A stretch of 64,000 nt of DNA, from positions 84,978 through 148,977 of the forward strand of contig JACQFQ010000020.1 of the NCBI GenBank assembly GCA_016199985.1, read 5' to 3'. This document shows positions 9,217 to 19,117 of this stretch, in pieces; position 1 is the stretch's first letter; each line of letters begins with the position of its first letter. The notes below the pieces were generated by a model. The model was not told the DNA's origin, ran no database searches, and saw nothing but the letters and a program-made list of their open reading frames with translations. The position numbers and the translations under genes were made by a program. This DNA comes from Verrucomicrobiota bacterium (GTDB lineage Bacteria; Verrucomicrobiota; Verrucomicrobiia; Limisphaerales; UBA11320).

Positions 9217-9699
9217 CTACGGCGACGCCCGCTGGTGGGCGAAGAAGCTCCGCAGCAGATCGCGGCACTCCTGCTCGCGAACGTTTGAGGTGATCTCGCA
9301 TCGGTGGTTCAATGTGGGAAACTGAAGGAGATTCATCGCCCCGCCGGCGGCGCCGCCCTTCGGATCTCCCGCGCCGAACACGACTCGCAAAAACCGCGTG
9401 TGCACCACCGCCCCGGCGCACATCGGACAGGGCTCCTTGGTCGCATACAGCGTGCAGTCCGTGAGCCGCCAGTCGCCCACCGCCTGCTGCGCCTGCGTGA
9501 TCGCCAGCATCTCGGCGTGCGCGGTCGCGTCCTTCAGCGTCTCCACCTGGTTGAACGCCCGCGCGATGACGCGCCCCCCCAGAACGACCACAGCTCCCAC
9601 GGGAACCTCGTCCTCCGCGTAGGCCCTCATGGCCTGTCGCAGGGCTTCGCCCATGAGGTAGTGGTCGCTCTGCAGATCAATGATCGGTTCTTCCGGCAT
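9217..9699 (-). CDS. tadA: tRNA-specific adenosine deaminase
   Basis: CDA zinc motifs HAEMLAI and PCPMCAGA, plus VPVGAVVV and YATKEPC. The start is uncertain, with in-frame ATGs at 9699, 9711 and 9738. Confidence 0.88.
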   Translation of the reverse strand: MPEEPIIDLQSDHYLMGEALRQAMRAYAEDEVPVGAVVVLGGRVIARAFNQVETLKDATAHAEMLAITQAQQAVGDWRLTDCTLYATKEPCPMCAGAVVHTRFLRVVFGAGDPKGGAAGGAMNLLQFPTLNHRCEITSNVREQECRDLLRSFFAHQRASP

Positions 9700-9860
9700 G
9701 CGCCCCCACATAGCCGCAAAAACAACCGCCCGATGCAAGACGCTTCATCCAGATGGGTCCTCTTCGAGCTGTTCTCGAACGCAATCTTCACACACGATCC
9801 CCGGAGCCCTGTTTGAAACGATCCGAAATCGCGCGCCAGAAATCTCAAAACAAAACGCCC

Positions 9861-11363
9861 ATGAGCGAAGGCCCAACCACTTCCCCGCCGCGCCACGATC
9901 CCGGACGGCTGCTTCCCACGCTCGGCATCTTCAGCGCCACCATGCTCGTGGCGGGAGGCGTCATCGGATCGGGCATCTTCCGCAAACCCGGGATCATGGC
10001 CGCCCAGGTGGGCTCGCCGCGGCTCCTGCTGGCCGTCTGGCTGGTCGCCGGCGTCGTCTCCCTGCTCGGCGCCCTGAGCAACGCCGAGCTGGCGTCGATG
10101 ATGCCGGGCACCGGCGGACAATACATCTTCCTGCGTCGGGCCTATGGACCGTTCGTCGCCTTCCTCTACGGATGGGGCCTGCTCGCGGTCGTGCAGACGG
10201 GGTCCATCGCGGCTCTGGCCTATGTGTTCGCCGAGTACGCCGGACGCGTCTTTCCGCTGCCCTCAGATCCAACGGCGTTGGCGGGGTTCTCCTTTCATTG
10301 GCCCTTGGTGGGCGACATTACTCCGTTTCGCGAAGTGGGGGTCAAATGCCTCGCGGGCGCCGCGATCATCGCGCTGACCCTCATCAATTGCATTGGCGTG
10401 CGGCTCGGGGGCGTGGTGCAGAATGTGTTCTCGCTCGCCAAAATGGGAGCGATGCTCGCGCTCGCGTTGTTCGTGCTGTTCACTCCGGGCGTCGCGCAGA
10501 TCGCGAACCTGACCCAAGCCAGCGCCACGATTCATCCCGTCGGGCTCGCGTGGTGGGCGGCCGTGGCCGCGGCGTTGCAGGGCGCGTTCTGGGCGTACGA
10601 CGGCTGGCACAAGATCACCTACATCGGCGGCGAGCTGAAGTCGCCCCAGCGCGATCTGCCTCGCAGCCTCATCCTCGGGATCCTCCTCGTCGCGGCGCTG
10701 TACATGATCCTCAGCGGGATCTACTCGCTGGCGCTTCCTGTGGACCAGATGGCGGCGTCCAAGCTGGTCGCGGCCGATGTGGCGCAGCGATGCGTGCCCG
10801 GAGGCGACCGATGGATCGCGCTGGCCGTGATGCTCTCCACGCTCGGCGCGGCCAACGCCGTGATTCTGACCAGCGCCCGCGTCTACTTCTCCATGAGCCG
10901 GGACGGATTGCTGCCGACGCTCCTGGGCCGAGCCCATCCCCGGTTCCACACGCCCTTCGCCTCGCTCATCGCGCAGGGCTTCTGGAGCCTGGCGCTGCTC
11001 TGGAGCGGAACCTTCGACACGCTCACGGACACCCTCATCTTTGTCAGTTGGTTCTTCTACATCGCCAACGCGGGGGCGGTGTTTGTGCTCCGGCGTCGCG
11101 AGCCCGACGCCCCGCGCCCGTTTCGAGTCCCTCTCTACCCCTGGGCGCCCGCCGTGTTTGTGGCCTTCGGGCTCGTGTATCTCATTCTCACGTTCTCCAA
11201 TGATCTCGCCGCGTATCGCAAAGCGGTCGCCGAGGGGCGGCCCGCGATCCTGAACGCCGCCTTCGGATTCGCGATGGTGCTGAGCGGGGCGCCGATCTAT
11301 CTCTGGTATCGCGCGCGGTCGAAGTGGAGGGCGGACGCGGGATCCGCCTCCGATTCCGTTTGA
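9861..11363 (+). CDS. APC-superfamily amino acid permease
   Basis: About 12 hydrophobic helices. N-terminal signature LGIFSATMLVAGGVIGSGIFRKPG ... ELASMMPGTGGQYIFLRRAYG. The start was set to ATG 9861 (MSEGP) rather than the track's upstream alternative start. Confidence 0.85.
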   Translation: MSEGPTTSPPRHDPGRLLPTLGIFSATMLVAGGVIGSGIFRKPGIMAAQVGSPRLLLAVWLVAGVVSLLGALSNAELASMMPGTGGQYIFLRRAYGPFVAFLYGWGLLAVVQTGSIAALAYVFAEYAGRVFPLPSDPTALAGFSFHWPLVGDITPFREVGVKCLAGAAIIALTLINCIGVRLGGVVQNVFSLAKMGAMLALALFVLFTPGVAQIANLTQASATIHPVGLAWWAAVAAALQGAFWAYDGWHKITYIGGELKSPQRDLPRSLILGILLVAALYMILSGIYSLALPVDQMAASKLVAADVAQRCVPGGDRWIALAVMLSTLGAANAVILTSARVYFSMSRDGLLPTLLGRAHPRFHTPFASLIAQGFWSLALLWSGTFDTLTDTLIFVSWFFYIANAGAVFVLRRREPDAPRPFRVPLYPWAPAVFVAFGLVYLILTFSNDLAAYRKAVAEGRPAILNAAFGFAMVLSGAPIYLWYRARSKWRADAGSASDSV

Positions 11364-11396
11364 GGTTTTCCCGGCGCGATCGCACTGTCTCGCCCC

Positions 11397-11696
11397 ATGT
11401 TTTCACATGTTGTCATCTTTTGGACCGATCCGAAGAACCCCAACGCGGCGGACGAGCTGATCGCGGGCGCGCATCAATACCTGAAGCCCATTCCCGGCGT
11501 CCTGCACTACCACATCGGCAAGATGGTCGGCAGCCCCCGTCCCGTGGTCGAGCAGACCTATCAGGTGGCCTTGAACCTCGCCTTCCCCAGCAAGAAAGCG
11601 CAGGACGACTACCAGACGCATCCCCTGCACCTGGAGTTCGTCGAGAAGGTGTTCAAGAAGCATTGCGCGCGAGTCGTGGTGTACGATTTCGAATGA
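11397..11696 (+). CDS. Dabb (stress-responsive alpha/beta-barrel) domain protein
   Basis: 99 aa. HVVIFWTDPKNP...YLKPIPGVLHYHIGK...YQVALNLAFPSKKAQDDYQTHPLHLEFV fits the Dabb fold pattern. Confidence 0.65.
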   Translation: MFSHVVIFWTDPKNPNAADELIAGAHQYLKPIPGVLHYHIGKMVGSPRPVVEQTYQVALNLAFPSKKAQDDYQTHPLHLEFVEKVFKKHCARVVVYDFE

Positions 11697-11721
11697 CCCG
11701 GCGCGCGCTGTGCGCGACGGA

Positions 11722-12048
11722 TTACTCAGCGGCGAGCAACTGCACCTCGAAGATCAGGGTGGCCTTCGGCGGGATCGCGCCGGGGTAGCCCTGCTCTCCG
11801 TACGCGAAGCGATGCGGCAGCGTCAGCCTGGCTTTATCCCCGATCCGCATGCGAGCCACGCCCTCGTCCCAGCCGCGGATCACCTGGCCGGCCCCGAGAA
11901 CGAACTCAAAAGGCTCGTTGCGATCCACCGAGCTGTCGAACTTCGAGCCGTCGGTGAGCCATCCGGTGTAGTGCACGCGCACGGTCTGCCCGGCGCGGGG
12001 GTTTTCGCCTTCGCCCAAGGTCAGGTATTCCACTTGGAGATTCGTCAT
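11722..12048 (-). CDS. FKBP-type peptidyl-prolyl cis-trans isomerase
   Basis: VRVHYTGWLTDGSKFDSSVDRNEPFEFVLGAGQVIRGWDEGVARMRIGDKARLTLPHRFAYGEQGYPGAIPPKATLIFEVQLL is a canonical FKBP domain. The start was set to ATG 12048 (MTNLQ). Confidence 0.92.
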   Translation of the reverse strand: MTNLQVEYLTLGEGENPRAGQTVRVHYTGWLTDGSKFDSSVDRNEPFEFVLGAGQVIRGWDEGVARMRIGDKARLTLPHRFAYGEQGYPGAIPPKATLIFEVQLLAAE

Positions 12049-12107
12049 CGGGTGGAGGTAGCAATTTTCCAATCCTCTTCCAAGCATTCGTTCGTTAGCT
12101 TGTCCCC

Positions 12108-13163
12108 GTGACTTTGCTGGCGATTGAGACTTCGTGCGACGAAACGAGCGTTGCGGTGATCCGTGATGGCTGCGCGCTGTCGAATGTGGTGGCGTCGCAG
12201 ATCCGTTTGCACGAGGAGTACGGCGGCGTGGTTCCGGAGCTGGCCACGCGGGAGCACATGAGAAACCTTCCCCTCATCGCGCGCGAGGCGATGGCTCGCG
12301 CCGGAATCGCGGCCTCCGAGATCGAAGCCGTGGCGGCGACGCAGGGGCCCGGCCTCCCCAACGCGCTGATGACCGGCTTGAAGTTCGCCCAGGGACTGGC
12401 TTTCGCGCTGGACCGCCCGTTTATAGGCATCCATCACCACGAGGCGCATCTCTACTCGCCCTGGATCGCGGGCGCTCCGCCGCGCGCCGACTTCGCCGCA
12501 TTCCAACCGAACGTGTCGCTGATCGTCAGCGGCGGTCACACGCTGCTCGTCTCAGTCCCCGCTCCCCTGCGGCATCGGATCCTCGGCGAGACGGTGGATG
12601 ACGCGGCCGGCGAATGCTTCGACAAAGTGGCCAAGCTTCTGGACCTGCCGTATCCCGGAGGGCCGCAGCTTGATCGTCTCGCGCAAACCGGCAACCCCAC
12701 GGCGCACCCCTTCCCGCGTCCGATGCTGAACGATCCTGGATTTGACTTCAGCTTCTCGGGCCTCAAGACATCGGTGCGCTACTTCCTCGACAAACGCCCC
12801 GAGCTGCGCGCTCCGGGCCCTGCTCGCAACGACCTGTGCGCTTCGGTCCAGGCGGCGATCGTGGAGGTCCTCGTGGCCAAGACCCTGCGGGCGGCGCAGC
12901 AGGAGTCGGCAAGATGCGTCACCGCGTCGGGAGGGGTGAGCTGCAACTCGGGGCTGCGCGCCGCTCTTCGCGAGGCCTGCGATCGACGCGGGATCACGCT
13001 ACGATTAGCGGACGCGTCGCTCTGCACCGACAACGCCGCGATGATCGGAATCCTCGCCGAACAAAAGCTCCTGGCGGGCTGCCCTCCGACCTCGCTGGAC
13101 GCCGAACCCAATCCCAGCTGGGAGCTGAACGCCCAGGAAGCCAGCGGCGCCGTGGACGACTAA
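12108..13163 (+). CDS. tsaD: tRNA N6-adenosine threonylcarbamoyltransferase
   Basis: GTG start. LAIETSCDETSVAV, GIHHHEAHLYS (His-His metal site), SGGHT and SGGVSCNSGLR. Confidence 0.92.
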   Translation: MTLLAIETSCDETSVAVIRDGCALSNVVASQIRLHEEYGGVVPELATREHMRNLPLIAREAMARAGIAASEIEAVAATQGPGLPNALMTGLKFAQGLAFALDRPFIGIHHHEAHLYSPWIAGAPPRADFAAFQPNVSLIVSGGHTLLVSVPAPLRHRILGETVDDAAGECFDKVAKLLDLPYPGGPQLDRLAQTGNPTAHPFPRPMLNDPGFDFSFSGLKTSVRYFLDKRPELRAPGPARNDLCASVQAAIVEVLVAKTLRAAQQESARCVTASGGVSCNSGLRAALREACDRRGITLRLADASLCTDNAAMIGILAEQKLLAGCPPTSLDAEPNPSWELNAQEASGAVDD

Positions 13164-13214
13164 CTGGCCATCGGGCCTTATTCCGGTTTTCCATCTCGGC
13201 GCGCGGCGCCGCTG

Positions 13215-13240
13215 CGGCTTGTCGCAAACAAGACAAGCCG
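13215..13240. terminator. Hairpin between convergent tsaD and small ORF (possible bidirectional terminator)
   Basis: Perfect 9-bp stem CGGCTTGTC / GACAAGCCG with the 8-nt loop GCAAACAA. It lies between the two stop codons (13163 and 13253). There is no clear U-tract. Confidence 0.4.
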
Positions 13241-13252
13241 GCGGGCGACCCG

Positions 13253-13507
13253 CTAAACATGCCGACAGTTGCCTTCCTGGTTCTCCGCGTCCTTGCCTTC
13301 CAGAAACAGGCGCGCCTTTTCGTAGCTGCGCTTGTGGAGATAGTGAAGAAGAGAAGGATCGGTTCCCGCCGGCAGACGCGCGGTCAGCTCGTCGATGCGC
13401 GCGAACAAGGGGATCAGGTTCGGCTTCGGGTTCGCTGTAGGCATGGAGGCGACGGCGCGCTCCAGCTCCAGGAGCGTCTCAAGAATCTGGCCAGCGGGAT
13501 CAGGCAT
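13253..13507 (-). CDS. Small conserved-looking hypothetical protein (84 aa)
   Basis: ATG at 13507. MPDPAGQILETLLELERAVA...LIPLFARIDELTARLPAGTDPSLLHYLHKRSYEKARLFLEG. It is predicted helical. I recall similar small proteins in proteobacteria but cannot name the family. Confidence 0.45.
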   Translation of the reverse strand: MPDPAGQILETLLELERAVASMPTANPKPNLIPLFARIDELTARLPAGTDPSLLHYLHKRSYEKARLFLEGKDAENQEGNCRHV

Positions 13508-13566
13508 GCGCGCAGTATACCGACCGGGCGGCGGGAGAGAACACCGTTTGCGATGAGAAACGCGGG

Positions 13567-15096
13567 CTAGAAATTCACGGTGAGCTGGAGGTAGGCCCAG
13601 TCGGCGTCCCTCGATCCCACCGCCGCCGACGAGAGGCTTTGGGAGATGTAGCTCCCGTGGAAGAAGTGGGAGTATCCGCCCTCGATCTGCGCGAATCGCG
13701 TCAAAGCCCATCCGGCGATGTAGTCCAGCTCGGAGCCCACGAAGTTGCTGTATCCGGGATTGACTCCAAAGTTCGTGCCCGCGGGAGTGGCGGCCGTTCC
13801 GCCGCGCGCGGCGCCGGCGACGTTGTAGAAGCTGTCGCTCGTGTCGGCCAGCCAGAACAGGTGTCCCTCGAGGGCCATGCTCAGCCGCGGGTGAGGCTTG
13901 AACGTGAGCACCGGCCGCACGTCGTGAAGGTTCTGCAGAGAGGCAAGGTCGGCGTATCCGTAGAATTTGTGGTTGGTGGGAAACAGATTCTCAAAGGTCG
14001 TGTGCTTCCCGTCCTTCGGATTGCCGTCGCCCGATCCGTAGGCGTACTCGAGCCCGATCCGCGGAGTCCCCGTGGTCTTCGCGAAGGTATAGCCGCCCTG
14101 CGCCACGAAAGCGTAGGCGCGATGATCCAGGCGGACCGCCGGGGCTCCCGCGCGCGGGTCCTTGAAATCGCCGAACTGGCCCATGGTCTCCAGCGTGTAA
14201 TCCCAAGGCCCCAGCTCCCCGGGCTTGGACTTCAGCCGCAGGCCAACGGTGTAGATATCGCGCGCGCTCGGCTGTCCGACCTGCGGGAAGGGCTCCGCCG
14301 TCGCGGCGGAAGGCGAGGCGTTGCGCGAGAGAAAATAGACGTCCAGCGAGTGCTTCGGCACGTTCGCGATCGACGCGTACATCCCGGAGAACCACTCGTA
14401 GTCGTTCGCGACGTTGAACCGGTTGTCCTCGGGGATGATGACACGGCCGCTGAAGAAATCCGCGGCGAACCATTCCGTCTGCCAACGCAGCTTCGCGGCG
14501 TCGAACACCCGGCCGATGTTGTTCCAACCGAAGGCGCCAACGACGCGTTCCTCTCCGTAGGACAACTCCTGACGCCCCACTTTGAGCGACAGCGGGAATT
14601 CCTTGTGATTCCCGAAGGTCACGTAAGCCTGATGCAGATCGAAGGTGTCGGACTCGGGGCCTTCTCCGCGCCGGGCGGGCGCAAGGGTGGAGGCCCAACG
14701 ATCGTCGTCCACGGCGAAGCTGCTTCGACCTTCCACCATCGCGTTCCACCACTTGCCGGTGTATCCAACGCGATATCGCAGCCGCGTCAGGAAGTAGTCG
14801 TTCGTCACGTCCGCCCCGTGATCCCTGAAGTCGATCGAGCCTGGAACGCCGGCAACCGCCATCCCCTGCTTGCTCTCAAAGCGCATCCGCAGCGACCCCC
14901 CGAGATCCCAGGCCGAAAGATAAGGATCTTGCTGGCGCATCCACTCATTGAGGAAGCCGGCGAAAGGCCTGGGCGGCGACGGCGGCGCGTATTGGCTATG
15001 CGCCGACGGAGCGAGCCCCAGGGCGGCGCAGCCGAGAGGGATCCATGACAGGCGAGAGTGTCGGCGAATTCCGCGGGAGCGTTTTTCTTGATTCAT
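13567..15096 (-). CDS. Outer-membrane beta-barrel porin, alginate-export (AlgE-like) family
   Basis: Signal peptide ...[14 protein letters not shown]. Alternating beta-strand-like sequence rich in aromatic/Gly residues, with a C-terminal ...YLQLTVNF (terminal Phe). Its ATG overlaps the stop of the upstream ABC ATPase (ATGA at 15093-15096). Confidence 0.55.
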   Translation of the reverse strand: MNQEKRSRGIRRHSRLSWIPLGCAALGLAPSAHSQYAPPSPPRPFAGFLNEWMRQQDPYLSAWDLGGSLRMRFESKQGMAVAGVPGSIDFRDHGADVTNDYFLTRLRYRVGYTGKWWNAMVEGRSSFAVDDDRWASTLAPARRGEGPESDTFDLHQAYVTFGNHKEFPLSLKVGRQELSYGEERVVGAFGWNNIGRVFDAAKLRWQTEWFAADFFSGRVIIPEDNRFNVANDYEWFSGMYASIANVPKHSLDVYFLSRNASPSAATAEPFPQVGQPSARDIYTVGLRLKSKPGELGPWDYTLETMGQFGDFKDPRAGAPAVRLDHRAYAFVAQGGYTFAKTTGTPRIGLEYAYGSGDGNPKDGKHTTFENLFPTNHKFYGYADLASLQNLHDVRPVLTFKPHPRLSMALEGHLFWLADTSDSFYNVAGAARGGTAATPAGTNFGVNPGYSNFVGSELDYIAGWALTRFAQIEGGYSHFFHGSYISQSLSSAAVGSRDADWAYLQLTVNF

Positions 15097-15986
15097 GGGT
15101 GAGTGGTAGCCAATTGCGATCGATGTTTGGCCGCTGGAGCGGCGGGTCGGGGGATGGTTTTGGGAACAGGAGCCGAATCGAGTCCGGCCACGGGAGACCT
15201 CGCGCCAGGTCGACCGGCGCGGTCGCTGAGGAAGGTGAGAAGCTCCTCGCGCAAGCGGTAGAACTCCGGATCCGCCAACAGCGCGCTGCGGTTCCTCGGA
15301 CGTGAGAACGGGATCTCCAACACCTCGCCCACCTCGGCCTCAGGCCCGTCCGTCATGCAGACGACGCGATCGGATAGAAACAAGGCTTCATCGACATCGT
15401 GCGTCACCATCAGCGCCGTCTTGCGGTCCTTGCGCCAGAGCTCGAGCAGGACTTCCTGCAGCTCCAGCCGGGTCAGGGAGTCGAGCATGCCGAACGGCTC
15501 GTCGAGCAGGAGCATCTTGGGGGAGAGGGCGAAAGCCCGGGCGATGCCCACGCGCTGGCGCATGCCCTGGGAAAGATCGCCGGGATACTTGTGCATCGAT
15601 TCCCCGAGGCCGACCATCGTGAGGTAATACTCCACGATCTGCGTCCGCTCCTCCTTGGACGCGGTGTAGAAGGCTTGTTCGACCCCGAGCATCACGTTCC
15701 CGAACGCGGTAAGCCAGGGGAGCAGGCAGGGCGACTGGAAAACGACGCCTCGATCGGGGCCCGCGCCCACGAGCTCCCTGCCCGCGAGAATCATTCCGCC
15801 CTCGGTCATCTCGCTGAGGCCGGCGACCATTGAAAGCACTGTCGACTTGCCGCAGCCCGAGTGCCCTATGAGGCAGACAAACTCGCCCTTCCTGAGCCGC
15901 AGATTGAAGTCCTTCACGATGATGGACGGCCCGCGGGGAGACGGGTAGCTCTTGGTGACTTTATCGAGGATCAGATAATCGGACAT
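15093..15986 (-). CDS. ABC transporter ATP-binding protein, NrtD/CmpD-like
   Basis: Walker [11 protein letters not shown]-loop [10 protein letters not shown], signature [14 protein letters not shown], Walker [12 protein letters not shown] and H-loop VTHDVDEA. Confidence 0.88.
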   Translation of the reverse strand: MSDYLILDKVTKSYPSPRGPSIIVKDFNLRLRKGEFVCLIGHSGCGKSTVLSMVAGLSEMTEGGMILAGRELVGAGPDRGVVFQSPCLLPWLTAFGNVMLGVEQAFYTASKEERTQIVEYYLTMVGLGESMHKYPGDLSQGMRQRVGIARAFALSPKMLLLDEPFGMLDSLTRLELQEVLLELWRKDRKTALMVTHDVDEALFLSDRVVCMTDGPEAEVGEVLEIPFSRPRNRSALLADPEFYRLREELLTFLSDRAGRPGARSPVAGLDSAPVPKTIPRPAAPAAKHRSQLATTHP

Positions 15987-15994
15987 AGAGCGGC

Positions 15995-16906
15995 TTAAAT
16001 CTCAACGGTCTCGCGCTTGATCTCGCTTCGGCGGATGGGCCGCGTTCTTCCCGCGATCGCGGAACGCGGGATGGAGAGATCCTCCGGTTCGATATCCGGC
16101 AGCACCAAAGTCCGCCGAACCTCCAAGCGCTTGGACCGCGAGGACGCCACGAGGTAATCGGTGAGTTCGCGGCGGATCTCCTTGAAACGCGTGAGATGAT
16201 TGAGGCCTTTGCGATCCCGGGGGCGGGGAAGGTCAATCTCCACGGAAGGCCCGAAAGTCGCGGAAGGACTCGCGCTCAGCGGAACGATGCGATCGGCCAG
16301 GTAGATGCCCTCGTCGGGATCGTTCGTAATAAGAACCACCGTGGTCTGGGTGTCCTGGCAAATCCGGGCCAGCTCATCCTGAAGCGTGGCGCGCGTCAGG
16401 GCGTCCAGCGCGCCAAAGGGCTCGTCCAGCAAAAGGATCTCGGGCTCCATCGCCAGCGCGCGGGCGACGCTGACGCGTTGGCGCATGCCTCCCGACAATT
16501 CGGAAGGGCGCTTCAGCGCCGCGCTTTCCAGATGAACCATCCTGATGTAGCGCTCCGCCTGTTCGAGCCGCTGTTCTGGAGTCCAGTCGGGAAAGCACTG
16601 CTCGACCGCCAGGGAAACATTCTCGAAAACGGTCAGCCATGGCAGCAGCGAGTAGTTTTGAAAAACGATCCCGCGGTCAGGGCCCGGCCCGACGATCTCC
16701 ACGCCGCGCAGCGACACGGTTCCCGTGTCGGGCAAGATCAGTCCCGCGATCAGGGAGATCAGGGTCGTTTTCCCCGCTCCGGAGTATCCGACAATGGCCA
16801 CAAACTCCCCTTCCTCGATGCTGAGGTTGATGCCGCGGAGCACCTCGGCGCGAGCGCCCGGAGGTCCGAAGCCCTTGGACACCGACTTCAATTCGAGGAG
16901 CGACAT
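15995..16906 (-). CDS. ABC transporter ATP-binding protein, NrtC/CmpC-like (no C-terminal NrtA-like regulatory domain)
   Basis: Start at ATG 16906 ([13 protein letters not shown]). Walker [10 protein letters not shown], signature [14 protein letters not shown], Walker [12 protein letters not shown] and ITNDPDEG. The track ORF 15995..17356 extends spuriously into nrtB. Confidence 0.88.
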   Translation of the reverse strand: MSLLELKSVSKGFGPPGARAEVLRGINLSIEEGEFVAIVGYSGAGKTTLISLIAGLILPDTGTVSLRGVEIVGPGPDRGIVFQNYSLLPWLTVFENVSLAVEQCFPDWTPEQRLEQAERYIRMVHLESAALKRPSELSGGMRQRVSVARALAMEPEILLLDEPFGALDALTRATLQDELARICQDTQTTVVLITNDPDEGIYLADRIVPLSASPSATFGPSVEIDLPRPRDRKGLNHLTRFKEIRRELTDYLVASSRSKRLEVRRTLVLPDIEPEDLSIPRSAIAGRTRPIRRSEIKRETVEI

Positions 16907-16914
16907 AGGGCGCC

Positions 16915-17706
16915 TTAGGCCGTCTTGAAACAGCGCTCCGCGCACCCCATGAGGCGGTCGAGAGCGAATCCGACGAATCCGATGGTGAGAATGCAGAGAA
17001 TGATGCGGGCGTAGTTCAAGGCGTTGTATTCCTGCCACAGGAATCCACCGACGCCCGGACGGCCGGTGAGCATCTCCGCCGCGACGATCACGAGCCACGC
17101 GATGCCGAGGCTGAGGCGAAAGCCCGTGAACATGTAGGGCAGGGTCGCGGGGATCAGAACCTTCACGAAGGTCTTCGATCGGGATAGCTTCAAAACCCGC
17201 GCGACGTTCAGATAATCCTGCGGAATCGCGCGCACTCCGACGGCCGTGTTGAGAACCGTCGGCCACATCGCGCAGACGGCGATCGTGAAGAGCGCGCCCA
17301 GCTCGCTCGCTTGCTTTCCAGCCCCCACGAAGAGGACCAATCCCAACGGCAGCCATGCGAGAGGCGAAACCGGCCGTAGCACCTGGATGATCGGGTCGAA
17401 GATTTTCGTGAACGTCTTCGACAGCCCCAGCATGAAGCCCAAGGGAGTGCCCACCGCCAGGGCGATGGCATAGCCTTTGGCGACGAGGATCAGGGAGTAC
17501 CAGGTGAATCGCAGGATGCCTTGATCCATCTCGCCGCGTTTCTCGAAGGGCTTGAGCACGTAGTCCCTGCTCTCAGACCAAGTCTTCGCGGGGGACGGAA
17601 GCTCCTTGCACAAAGCGACGCTGACAAACTCCCACACGGCGACGGCGATCATGAAGCCGACGAGCGGCATCAACAGCCAATCCAGCTTGGAACGAATGTT
17701 TCTCAT
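16915..17706 (-). CDS. ABC transporter permease, NrtB/CmpB-like
   Basis: Six or so helices and a BPD_transp_1 EAA-type loop: [27 protein letters not shown]. The [13 protein letters not shown] region is typical of nitrate/bicarbonate/sulfonate permeases. Confidence 0.85.
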   Translation of the reverse strand: MRNIRSKLDWLLMPLVGFMIAVAVWEFVSVALCKELPSPAKTWSESRDYVLKPFEKRGEMDQGILRFTWYSLILVAKGYAIALAVGTPLGFMLGLSKTFTKIFDPIIQVLRPVSPLAWLPLGLVLFVGAGKQASELGALFTIAVCAMWPTVLNTAVGVRAIPQDYLNVARVLKLSRSKTFVKVLIPATLPYMFTGFRLSLGIAWLVIVAAEMLTGRPGVGGFLWQEYNALNYARIILCILTIGFVGFALDRLMGCAERCFKTA

Positions 17707-17720
17707 GAAATGGGGCGGGA

Positions 17721-19049
17721 TCAGGTTTTCAAGTTGTGGACGGCGAATCCTCGGGCATAGGACTCGGGATCCGACTTGGGATCGAAGGTCGCCCCATCGA
17801 ACATGGTCCAGGGCGTGTCATCCCGGCCTCCGTGCGCGTAGCCGATCTCCTTCATGGCCTCCTCATAGAGATCCGTTCGCATGACCTGTTTGGCGACCCC
17901 CTCGTAATCGGGAGTATTGGCCACCATCCCCCAACGACGAAACTGGCTCAGCCACCAGCGGCAGTAGGCGGGCTGCGGGTAATTGCAGTTGCGACGGCTG
18001 AAATGCATCGGGAAGGCGTCCTCGACGACGCGGCCGTCGCCGTAATCCAATTTGCCCTGCAGTCGCGGGAGGATGTTCCGCTTGTCGCAGTTGATGAACG
18101 ACGGCCGGCTCACGATCTCGCACTGCTCCGGACGGTTCTCCATCACATCGAGCCACACGCTGGCCTCGTGCAGAGCCTTCAACACCGCCTTCACCGTCTT
18201 GGGATTCTTCTCGGCGAACTCGCCGGTGAACGCGCAAACCTTTTCCGGATGATCCTTCCAAATCTCCTGCGTGGCAACGGACGTGAAACCCACCTTGTCG
18301 GCGATAGCCCGCGCGTTCCATGGCTCCCCGACGCAGAATCCGTCCATCTTCCCGATCCGCATGTTGGCCACCATCTGCGGGGGAGGAATGGTGATCAGCG
18401 AGATGTCCTTGTCGGGATGAATGCCTCCCGCCGCAAGATAGTAGCGCATCCACATGGCGTGCGTTCCGGGCGGAAAGGTCATGGCGAATGTCAACGGCTC
18501 GCCGAGCTTCTTCGCGCGATCGACGAAAGGCTTCAAGGCCTTCGGATCGCTCTGCACGGCGGACTTCCACTCCGCCTTCAGCGTGATGGCCTGGCCGTTG
18601 CGGTTGACGAGCCAGGGAACCACGAGGGGCTTCTTGGGCGATCCGGAGAGGCCCATCGTCGACGCGATGGGCATGCCCAGCAGCATGTGAGTGAATTGAT
18701 TGTCGCCGCTCGAGAGCGCGTCGCGGATCGCGGCCCAGTTCGCGCCCTTGGCGATCGTCACGTCCAAGCCCTGCTTCTTGAAAAACCCCTTCTCGGCCGC
18801 GATCACGAACGGCGAGCAGTCTGTCAGCGCGATGATCCCGCATCGCAGCTGCGCCGTCTCAGGCGCGTCGCTGGCGAACGCCGATCCGACCCAGCCTCGC
18901 GGCAAACCCGAGAACAGCGCGGCCAAGCCGATTCCTCCCCCGGTCTGCGTTAAAAACGAGCGCCGGCTCGACAGGAGCCGGCGCCCGTTCCTCGTCCTCA
19001 ACCTAGCGGCCCCACCACAGGGCGCAGCTTTCATCATCTCTCTCATCAT
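17721..19049 (-). CDS. Periplasmic substrate-binding protein, NrtA/CmpA family (Tat signal)
   Basis: SRRSFLTQTGGGIGLAAL twin-arginine signal, then LRCGIIALTDCSPFVIAAEKGFFKKQGLDV ... WMRYYLAAGGIHPDKD ... FCVGEPWN, which is characteristic of NrtA/CmpA. The start is probably one of the clustered ATGs at 19049/19046/19037/19034 rather than 19139, which would overlap the divergent regulator. Confidence 0.85.
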   Translation of the reverse strand: MMREMMKAAPCGGAARLRTRNGRRLLSSRRSFLTQTGGGIGLAALFSGLPRGWVGSAFASDAPETAQLRCGIIALTDCSPFVIAAEKGFFKKQGLDVTIAKGANWAAIRDALSSGDNQFTHMLLGMPIASTMGLSGSPKKPLVVPWLVNRNGQAITLKAEWKSAVQSDPKALKPFVDRAKKLGEPLTFAMTFPPGTHAMWMRYYLAAGGIHPDKDISLITIPPPQMVANMRIGKMDGFCVGEPWNARAIADKVGFTSVATQEIWKDHPEKVCAFTGEFAEKNPKTVKAVLKALHEASVWLDVMENRPEQCEIVSRPSFINCDKRNILPRLQGKLDYGDGRVVEDAFPMHFSRRNCNYPQPAYCRWWLSQFRRWGMVANTPDYEGVAKQVMRTDLYEEAMKEIGYAHGGRDDTPWTMFDGATFDPKSDPESYARGFAVHNLKT

Positions 19050-19064
19050 CGATCCTCCCCTAAC

Positions 19065-19107
19065 TAGAAGCGTGCCGAGTCCGATGGGGATGGCACGACA
19101 TCTTCTA
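19065..19107. promoter_or_regulatory. Imperfect inverted repeat in the 68-bp divergent intergenic region (candidate LysR operator)
   Basis: The arms TAGAAGCGTGCC (19065-19076) and GGCACGACATCTTCTA (19092-19107) are reverse complements except for a 4-nt bulge (ATGT). The repeat lies between the nrtA-like start (19049, minus) and the LysR start (19118, plus). Confidence 0.35.
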
Positions 19108-19117
19108 ACGTAATCAC

